NCBI GenBank assembly: GCA_044892525.1
Contig: CM097886.1
Location: forward strand, 31,186,001 to 31,250,000
Origin: Schmidtea polychroa
Lineage: Eukaryota
Reading direction: 5' to 3'
DNA: 64,000 bases
Made by a program: the position numbers and the translations under genes. The notes beneath the pieces are model-generated. The model was not told where the DNA came from. It ran no database searches and saw nothing but the letters and a program-made list of their open reading frames with translations. Below, piece after piece: positions 54,291-64,000 of this stretch. Numbering within the stretch: position 1 is the stretch's first letter; each line of letters begins with the position of its first letter.

Positions 54291-57200
54291 CTCTAGTTCA
54301 CCTTTGAACTACTTTCCCAATTTTGTACCTTTATGATTTTTAATTTTATTCCGTTCATAATTCGCAATTCTTATTGGAATTATCTCATTGTTTGGAAGCA
54401 CACACTCGTCTGTTAACATTACATTATGATTCCTTGTTATTGCCGTTTCAGGCTCGAAAATGAAAGTGTCCTCACTTTTAACATTGACTTTTACTGGGAT
54501 TATGTGATCACTTTGGTATTCTAATTCAAACGCTTCTAACGCAATTACCTCTGTAAATTTTGCGTCCTGATATATTGCTTTCCGCTTGACTATACCATCC
54601 GTTAAATCGATTACACAGTTTTTTAACTTTCGGAGTATGTCCATACCTAGGACACATACACATTTACACTCTGCTACCACTTTGAAAACATGTTCTACTA
54701 CTTGATCTGAGAAGTGGACTGTTAATTCGATGTCGCCTTTTAATGGTATAAAATGTGATGATAAAGAAATTACTCTATCTCTTGTGCCCACAATAATTTT
54801 CTTTTGATTCTCTGTTAATTGGTCTTCGCGAATCATAGAAGCTGCTGCCCCTGTATCACACAGTGCATTTATTATTGTATTATTTATTACAATTTCCAAT
54901 TTTGGCCTTGCTTCATTTAAACCTTCTAGTATATCGTCGAGCTCTAATCCGTAACATCCATATGTTTTCCTTGGGACACAATGACAATTATCATTTTGAC
55001 CTGGGATGCTAATTTCGATATTATTTCTTAATTCTGTTAACTGTTCTCTTTGACTATCGTATAAACCAATCTGTGGTTGTTCGATATTTTCTGATCTATT
55101 TGGATCGTCATCTATCTCATTAGTGATCATTATTTCACCTTCCCCTCTTCGGCTTTTCATCCGTTTGATTTCTTTGTCATGCTTTGCAGTGATTAGATAT
55201 TTTGCAATAAATGGACATACGCATGCCATCATTTTGTATGAGTTACTAAAGACTTGTCTCAACTGTCTTAACGAGACTAATGATGAAAAGATCATTTTTA
55301 ATAATGCGACTGTATAATATATTCCTAATATAGTTGAGAACGTATTTCCGAGAATCGCGAAATACCACCATATACTGTATAACACTCTATACACAACTTT
55401 CTTGAAATGCACTTTTGATAATAATACATCAAAGTTGTAATTCCCTCCGTAACTATTCTCAATAATTTTGTTTACCATTGTTGAAAGGACTTTTTGTTTT
55501 TCATGAAGAAATAGCATATGTTTTCTGGCTCTCTCTATCGCCTCTCGTATACATCCCATTGTTATCCATTTAATTAACTTCCTGAAATTCTAACTTTTTC
55601 TCAAGTTCAGTTAATTCTAGTTTTTGTGGTTTAGTCGCTTCTTTTCTATCCAACATTGTAATCCACATTTCATCATTTATTTTATATAATAGATTGGTAC
55701 ATTTGTCAATTTTTCTCGGAACATAGTCTTTATCTGTCAATATTCTTGTTATGGGTTGGAGATATACGGTTTCTCCTTTATAAACGACTGGTAATTTGTT
55801 TGTACATTTGTTATTTGTTGCTAAAGATACACTGACCGGTTTGCACTGATATGTTAGTATTACTTCCCCAACGACTCTTGCAAATGTCCCTTTCTCTGAG
55901 AATAAAATCGGTGCCATCAAATCTGGGTTTTTGACTGCAACTGCCATCTTTGTTCTTAATATTTCTCTATTAAGTTTACAATCATTTGCAATGGTTGCTT
56001 GATATACTTTGTCTAGTTGTACTAACTGATGATGATAAAAATAATCGATTTTGTTGTTAAAATATGACGCTAGTTTGACATCAAACTTGTCTATTTTTGA
56101 TTTTGTCTCTCTGATTTTGCTTCCTCTGATATAAATACCTTCATAATTTGTTTGTATGACTGCCTTGCCACATTTGATACTTTCACCTTTTCCCACAAAC
56201 CTCATCGCTTCTGTTTCAGGTTCTGACATGTATATCGTTGGTGTATCTCTCTCTTGAATAATTGTTGCTCGTCATTTTTGATCTCTGATGTTCTTGGATT
56301 CCACATCTGTGAATTGTTTACCTCTTATCGTCCTGAATTTCAGTGTCTTTAGCTTAGTTAGATGGCATTCGTATTTGTTTACTTTGTATATGATCATTGA
56401 CTCGTCTGTAACACAGCTTGTCTCATCTAATGTACAGAACTTATATGTCATCATTTTCTTTGATGAACTGTCAAATGATGCCTTGAATTTCCTTAATTCA
56501 ATATAATATTGTCGTCTTACTACAATATCGTCTACCATATGACCCAATATTTTATATGTTCCTCCTTGACAATATCCTCCTGTTGATGACCATTCAACGA
56601 CATTTACTAATTGCCTTACTCGAGCTCCCACCTGAGCATTTAATGCCAATCCATCCGACGTTTTTATCTTTTTTGTTTTAAATGCATTTTCACATTCGCT
56701 TGGCGCTATTATTATTGCTTCTGGTGCCCATGTTGGAGTTAATATTGTTCTTGCCACCTTATTGCACACAAAACTTTCCTCTGAATACTTAACGATACAT
56801 TCTCCTGCTTCATTGTGAATAAAGTCAGATTCCTGATATATATGAAATATTTTGGGATCAGCTACAACTAATTTTGTTGGATTTGCTTCTGGACAATTTT
56901 CCACATCTAGTAAGGAATATTTTTGTCCCCACTTGGGATTCTGACAGTCATACGCTATAATCGTATTATTCCCTTTTATAAAATCTAACAATAACGTTAT
57001 TACTATTATTACTATTGACATTGTCGATTTTCTCTCTCTTTGACTTGGTTTCATAGTCGTATTATTTACTAGATTTTTTACCATCTCCTCGGTATCATCG
57101 ATTTCCTCAGTAGTCTTGTCCTTACTTTCTCTTTCTATTAGACTCTCATCATACAATATTTTCCATCCTCACTTTAATTTTACCCATGGCATAGCATCCC

Positions 57201-58142
57201 TTATCAGTTTATTATATATTATTTTAGCTATATTTTCTATTTGATCCTTTGGATTCATTCGCAAAAGTTTCTTGTATCTCGCTATTAAGTATGCCATCGC
57301 CATAATCACTTTATCTCGATTCACTTCTGTTGTAAACAATATTTTAAATACCGTCTCCTCTTTTGCTTCCTCGGTACTCAATTCTCTAATCTCTTTTTCC
57401 ATTTATTTAATTTTTTTGTAACTATATTTTCTATTAATGCTGATGGTTTTGCTTCTGGGAATCGTCTCATATTCATTGCTTTAATTAGCTCTGTTATCAT
57501 ATTCACGTCCCTATCATCATCCTGATTTTATGGAACGTCATGTCTCATATTATTGGCAATATCTCTTGGCAATATGTGGTGATGGGTTTACCCTTGTCAT
57601 CCAACAATATGAACTTGGTCATTGTAAAGAATAAGAATAATTGATAAATTCCAAAAACTTTATTTAAGAAATTGTGGTACTATTTATAATACCCGGTGTG
57701 TCGACACCAACACAATCAACAATAGTTTATGGGAAATAATAATCAGTGACATAATTTGAGGACCCAGACAATCGAAAATAATAAATTACACATGCAGGCA
57801 TTACATAATATAGGGTACAGGTTAGGGAAATCAAAAATTCCCATTATAATTACATCACAGTCATTATTTAAAATCTTGACATACCTGAACCCATCATTAT
57901 GTTATAAAAATTTTAATAATAATAATCAAATTAATGGTTTATGGATACATGCTGGTACTGATATAGAAGCAGCTCACACAATGAAATCTCCAAAATATAC
58001 TCAAAGAATATTTATTTAATTATTACTTAATATTTTTTAATTCATGCATTGTTTAAATATTTCAAGAAATATATTTTTGTGTTTATAAATCCAAAAATTT
58101 AATCTCAAGTTTTCATATTAATAGCATTTAAATTATTTTCTT

Positions 58143-61100
58143 ATGTATGATTATAAAGATTTATATGAAACAGAAGATTTACCCGAAGCTGAAAAGGATT
58201 ATGAAGAAGTATTTTCTTTAAAATTAAGTAATTTTAAAAAAATATTTAGGAAATAAAAGACTGTGTTGAAAAACTATCGGTTAATCCTTTAACTGCTTTT
58301 AATCGATTTAAAGGAAAAGAACTTTCAATATCTGGTTAAATTGTACATGAGTAATGTTAAATAATTTTTTATGTTAAGGTGTTTCAACTAAATCAAAATC
58401 AATTTTAAATGTTAATCCTTACGAACGAGCAAGAAATATTCTTGCTGAACTTGATAATTTAAGTAAAGATATTCAAGAGAACTATGATATTGATGCCACA
58501 CAAAAAACTGAACTTGTAACGAAAGAACATTTGATGTTGCTTGTCGAAGGCTTAAATATTCAAATTAAAGAATTAGATTTAAATAAATATTTTGGACCTG
58601 AAACAAGTTTTGAGGTTCAAGATCCAAAGAAAATTATTTATAAGTATACTATTTCTTCAATATAATTCATTACAATTTGTTTCACAAAAGAAAATTAATT
58701 CAAAACATTGATGAGATAACATATGAATCGGGCAAAGAATCTACTGAGCTCAAACCCAGTCATTTGTCATATGTTCTGACTAGTAATATCGAAGTTAATG
58801 AGCATTTGAATCAAATAAAGGTTAAATTTATAATTAAAATGTTTCGCTAAATTTTAATTTAATAGTTTTCATGATTTTTATTTTATTAATTATTTTATGG
58901 AATAATATTAAAAATAATTTTTTTATACATTTGAGTTGGCGACTTAAATTAATTCTTTTGGAGTTATAGAGAGGTTAATTACTGCTCCCTTATATATCAA
59001 GTATGTATGACACTTATAACAAGGATTTGATTTTTGCCAAATTCTTGTAACAATTGTATTTTAAGTAACGCCTTTATAAAAATCTGAAATCTATAAAGTT
59101 TCATTTATTGCCATATTATCAATATTGATTACTCTAGCTTGCCAATCTCTTGAAACGTTTGGATGTTTTGGAAAAGGTGTTAGGAGATGACAATGTGAAA
59201 TTATCAAACGTCGTTAGTGACTGTTCGAATAAGGGCTTGATTGAGGCAGTAGAACGATTGTTTGCCAAGACAAGCTTATTGAATAACTCGCAATTGAATG
59301 TTATTGATAGTCGGCTAGCAGCTGTTAGCAATAAATTGCAAAATTTAACCACAGTTGCATCGAATGCTGATAAACTTGATCAGGAATCACAAATGAAAGT
59401 AAGGATTCAACCGCATTTCACGGAATCTTCATAAAGAGCTTTAGATTGCAGAGTTGTATGAAATCGTTAAGAAATGGGACCATATGGTTGATGCAGTTCC
59501 AAACATTATTGACCAGTGCGTCTCTATGCAAGATTTCCATGCTAACAGTAAGTGAAACCTTTTTTGAATTATTTTAGATTTATATCAAAATAATAATAAT
59601 AAAAGTTGATATATTTATATTTCAATCTAAATATTTTTCATTAAGGCACCATTGATTAAGGCACCATTGATTAAGGCACCATTGATTAAGGCACCATTGA
59701 TTAAGGCACCATTGATTAAGGCACCATTGATTAAGGCACCATTGATTAAGGCACTATTCATTAAGGCACTATTCATTAAGGCACCATTGATTAAGGCACC
59801 ATTGATTAAGGCACCATTGATTAAGGCACCATTGATTAAGGCACTATTCATTAAGGCACCATTGATTAAGGCACCATTGATTAAGGCACCATTCATCAAG
59901 GCACTATTCATTAAGGCACCATTCATCAAGGCACTATTCATTAAGGCACCATTGATTAAGGCACCATTCATCAAGGAACCATTGATTAAGGCACTATTCA
60001 TTAAGGCACCATTGATTAAGGCACCATTCATCAAGGAACCATTGATTAAGGCACCATTGATTAAGGCACCATTCATCAAGGAACCATTGATTAAGGCACC
60101 ATTGATTAAGGCACCATTGATTAAGGCACTATTAATTAAGGCACCATTCATCAAGGAACCATTGATTAAGGCACTATTCATTAAGGCACCATTGATTAAG
60201 GCACCATTGATTAAGGCACCATTCATCAAGGCACTATTCATTAAGGCACCATTGATTAAGGCACCATTCATCAAGGCACTATTCATTAAGGCACCATTGA
60301 TTAAGGCACCATTCATCAAGGAACCATTGATTAAGGCACCATTCATCAAGGAACCATTGATTAAGGCACCATTGATTAAGGCACCATTCATCAAGGAACC
60401 ATTGATTAAGGCACCATTGATTAAGGCACCATTCATCAAGGAACCATTGATTAAGGCACCATTGATTAAGGCACCATTGATTAAGGCACTATTAATTAAG
60501 GCACCATTCATCAAGGAACCATTGATTAAGGCACTATTCATTAAGGCACCATTGATTAAGGCACCATTGATTGAGGCACCATTCATCAAGGAACCATTGA
60601 TTAAGGCACCATTGATTAAGGCACCATTGATTAAGGCACCATTGATTAAGGCACCATTGATTAAGGCACTATTAATTAAGGCACCATTCATCAAGGAACC
60701 ATTGATTAAGGCACTATTCATTAAGGCACCATTGATTAAGGCACCATTGATTAAGGCACCATTGATTGAGGCACCATTCATCAAGGAACCATTGATTAAG
60801 GCACCATTGATTAAGGCACCATTGATTAAGGCACCATTCATCAAGGAACCATTGATTAAGGCACCATTCATCAAGGAACCATTGATTAAGGCACCATTGA
60901 TTAAGGCACCATTCATTAAGGCACCATTCATTAAGGCACCATTCATTAAGGCACCATTCATTAAGGCACCATTCATTAAGGCACCATTCATTAAGGAATC
61001 ATTCATTAATAAACCATTGATTAATGAACCATTCATCAAGGACGTCCTCCAGCAAATAAGTATCTTTACTCCATTACCCCTCACATATCCTTCTGTTATT

Positions 61101-62216
61101 TTCCAGGAGCCTCCGATACATATATGTGAGAACAGGCATCTTTTATTTTCAGAAATCTAGGAATCTGAAAAATCAAAAATATTTCAATAGACAGCTGGGG
61201 ACACTGACGAACTGTTGTGACATACATAAGTTATTCCCAACCATTCAGTTTCGGTTTCATTTTTACAATCCAATAATTTTATTAACTTGATGCTACTCGG
61301 GATGTCTTAAGCGCTTGGAGCTCCTCCTTAGTACCACCTTTTTAGAGACCCCCCGTAGGGGAACTTCTTAACCCCTTGTGTGATTTGCCCTAACATAATT
61401 CGGGCAAATTGTATACGAAACTTTTTATAGTGATTTGCTCGAGAGCAGCTCGGGTCATTCCTCCGCCAGTCTAGAGAACGGATCGCGCGAGTTTAGTGGC
61501 ATGTATTGTAATTTGATCTTTCGAGAACAATTAGTCACAGGTTGACCACAGATGTGGAGGTTCCATAATCAAATTTTTGAGTAATTATATTGAAAAAAAA
61601 TTCGTCCCTGAATCATAATAGCTTATATTTTTAATTTCGTAGTTGATCAGTAAATGTAAGACAGATAAATAGGGATTTACAAAATTTTTCTTTTCAAAAT
61701 ATGGGGAGTCCAAAGGAATTCATCAAAAAAGAGCCGAATAGAACAATGAGCAAGACTGTCCTTTTATTGTGGGCATACATTATCAATGCTTCAGTTTTGG
61801 GTGCGGCATATTACAAAAGTTATTAAAAGAAGTTTATTGTCAGTATCCAGTTTTTTATCGATAGCTACAAAACATGTTATCCAAGCAAAATGTTTAGGGC
61901 CTCATTTCTTATTCTTATAATGGAAGCTGTCGATTGAAACGAAATGTTATTTAATAATATCTTTCTTTCAGGCGTGAAATTGGGTCAGTGCGTTGCTCAT
62001 CTTGATATGAAACATCAGCAAATGCGTTTTAAGCAACAAACCAGTCAAATGGCATTAAAAAATGTATGCAATAAATCCGTGTTTTCATTAATTCTATGGA
62101 AATTATTTTCTTTCATATATTTGTTGTTTTAGATGCAGAATAACTTGGAGAACAATTTCAAGATCATGGAGAAAAACATGGGGATCGTGGACGAGAAATT
62201 GAAAAGTTTGAGTTGA
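58143..62216 (+). CDS. DCTN2: Dynactin subunit 2 (dynamitin/p50), multi-exon; start approximate
   Basis: Exon peptides DLYETEDLPE, VEKLSVNPLTAFNRFKGK, KRLDVLEKVLG, LNVIDSRLAAV, ELYEIVKKWD, LGQCVAHLD, MQNNLENNFKIMEKNMGIVDEKLKSLS*; short GT-AG introns. Confidence 0.85.
59638..61040. repeat. 15-bp minisatellite (ttaaggcaccattga and variants), about 93 copies, in DCTN2 intron 59548-61971
   Basis: Direct inspection; explains the IKAPL/NGALI ORFs on both strands. Confidence 0.97.
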
Positions 62217-62496
62217 AATGATTATCTTGGGTGGGTTTTGGGGCAGTTTTGACTGGAAGGTGTGATTTCAATAATTTTAATAAATAATATAATCCGTGAC
62301 ACTATATAGAAAGGCTCACGAAAGGGTTCCTTATATTCAATAAGTACTCGTATCTCATTGCATTATATGTTATTAATAATAACAATTGAGGAATTTATTC
62401 CCAAATTCGTATACAATATTCCTGGTGTTTTTGTATTTTTATTTGTATTTTTATGTTGAATTTATGTGGAGACAAGACGGCATCGATAATCTATAA

Positions 62497-62601
62497 CAGG
62501 GGTTGGCAAGTGCGGCTCTTTGATGAAAATATGTTGGGGCTCTTTGTAATACAGGGAAAACCTGTATTTGGTTCTCGAGGACCTCATCTTGCACACCCCT
62601 G
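62497..62601. mobile_element. 105-bp hAT MITE
   Basis: CAGGGGTTGGCAAG...CTTGCACACCCCTG termini, TSD ATCTATAA/ATCTATAG. Confidence 0.8.
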
Positions 62602-62989
62602 ATCTATAGTGTTACAAGCTACATTGCATAACCAAGAAGTGTGTAGAATGTCGCTTGGGTAAATAAGGGGTAGTTGGCTGTGGAGTTGTAGCAATGTATC
62701 CACACTCACACTAGTATGTCAATGAGAGGATGTGAGAGTGTATAAAATCAAGGAATGAAGAGGGTGAATTGCGAATAAGGAAAGCCTTTAGTTTTTACTA
62801 TGCAACTCTGATGTCAACATGCTCACACACATAATACACCCATGTTGTATTATTGGTGCGGAAGTGCATAATGGCTGAAATGAGTGTGCATAATGTTAGA
62901 TTCATTTTCATATCCATCATGGCTAGTAAGAGCATATCCTTAACAATTGACACAGGTAAAAATCCTTCAAGCTTGATGATAATCAAAAG

Positions 62990-63560
62990 AAAGCTGCAAG
63001 TTTAAAACGAAAGTTGGGTGACATAACTGAGGAGTTTGGAATTAAGCCAGTCATTTTAAAGCATGGATGAACTCTGCAATCTTTGAAGAACACATCAGGA
63101 AAATGAATCGTAAAATGACTGCTGTAAAAAGAAAAATTGTCAAGCTGGTGACAACTGTCCAGCCCATCCTAACATCCAATCTCTCCGATCAGTTCCTTCC
63201 TTCCAACACAACATCTACGACACAGCTTATGGATTGTGGTGTCATCTGGTCACTCAAGACACTATCGTAAGCAGCTAATGAAGGAATGATAATTTTCCAC
63301 GACGCCAAACTTCCATTCCAGCCCAATCTCATGATTGCTTTGTACTTGCTAAGAAATGTGTGGAACATTGTAACAAAAGAGTAATGTGCAACGCGTAGGC
63401 AAAAAACACAATCCCTGTTAACTGGGTGACAAATCGGACAATTCCTGATGAATTTTGTATACAATCGGCTATGAAAAAATCCGACTATAATATATTTTCT
63501 TTCTAGCAGAAGGCACTTTATTATTAACGAAAGATACTGCATTTGAAGAAGGTGTAATTT
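62990..63560 (+). pseudogene. Pogo/Tigger-like transposase relic
   Basis: WMNSAIFEEHIRKMNRKM..KRKIVKLV.NCPAHP..FLPSNTTSTTQLMDCGVIWSLK across frameshifts. Confidence 0.75.
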
Positions 63561-64000
63561 AGGCACACTGCTTAATTATCGTTTAATAGAGATGCTAATG
63601 TTAGTATCCTTATCTTACATTTTAAGCAATACGCGTATAAATACACTATTATCAATGAATCATTATGTTTGTTGCAATAAATGACATCTTATCTCGATTA
63701 TTCTTGTATTACGGTTATACCATATGAGAATGAATAAATGATTGTGTAGAAAAAATTAATTAAAAGAAAAAAAGTATACATGTAGGCTGAGAGGCATGCG
63801 ACTCGATGACGATAGGATTGCTGCAAGTCCCGACAACTGGAGCTATAAGTCTGGCCGGCTCGGGTACCAGCAGGAAACATCATACACAAGCTGAGGTCAA
63901 CGTGGCAGTTATGTCTTCAGTCAGATGATGGGCGGGAAATAGAATCGTTTTTTCGGCCGAGGACAACCCCTTGATCCGAGCTTCAAACTTGTTCTTTGCG

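Larger units (their letters stand above)
48281..57650 (-). mobile_element. Second, decayed giant env-bearing Gypsy element (Bcl-2-like, env, PR, RT, RH, IN, signal peptide, accessory ORFs); gag and LTRs not identified
   Basis: 57169-57402 BH1/BH2-like; 56272-57156, 55570-56229 and 54309-55559 align with env of element Z; LCDTGAAAS, LPFGLTNAPATFQR, VYMDDILI, TDASG, HDGALGGH, DGLVERF, GPYEV. Confidence 0.88.

Noticed and set aside
59627-61160. 485-aa and 502-aa ORFs (NGALI / IKAPL repeats)
   Set aside because: Products of a 15-bp satellite lacking stops in one frame; they lie within a DCTN2 intron.

Overview
AT-rich eukaryotic (invertebrate-like, short introns; planarian-like by inference) genomic window. 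Host genes lie at both ends: lysyl-tRNA synthetase (minus strand, running off the left edge) and dynactin subunit 2 (plus strand, about 58.1-62.2 kb, with a 15-bp satellite in an intron). Most of the middle is nested transposable elements. The centrepiece is a 29.8-kb Ty3/Gypsy-type, retrovirus-like element (12090-41918, minus strand) with two apparently identical 3867-bp LTRs, an ATAT target-site duplication and a tRNA-Pro-type PBS. It encodes one roughly 4600-aa polyprotein, split by a 1-nt frameshift in RT, in the order Gag - ubiquitin-like/CARD-like modules - Bcl-2-like domain - signal peptide - class III-like envelope glycoprotein - protease - RT - RNase H - integrase - ankyrin repeats - membrane protein. 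It also carries separate accessory genes: an IAP-type RING, a full-length TRAF, coiled-coil proteins, a type I membrane protein and an LTR-encoded ORF. Two related giant LTRs (3327-6426 plus 41923-43855, and 6427-12086) carry homologous ORFs and a covariation-supported structured RNA near the LTR end. A second, decayed element (about 48.3-57.6 kb) repeats the Bcl-2/env/PR/RT/RH/IN order and carries a REX4/ISG20-like exonuclease. Domain calls come from motif recognition by eye, not database searches.
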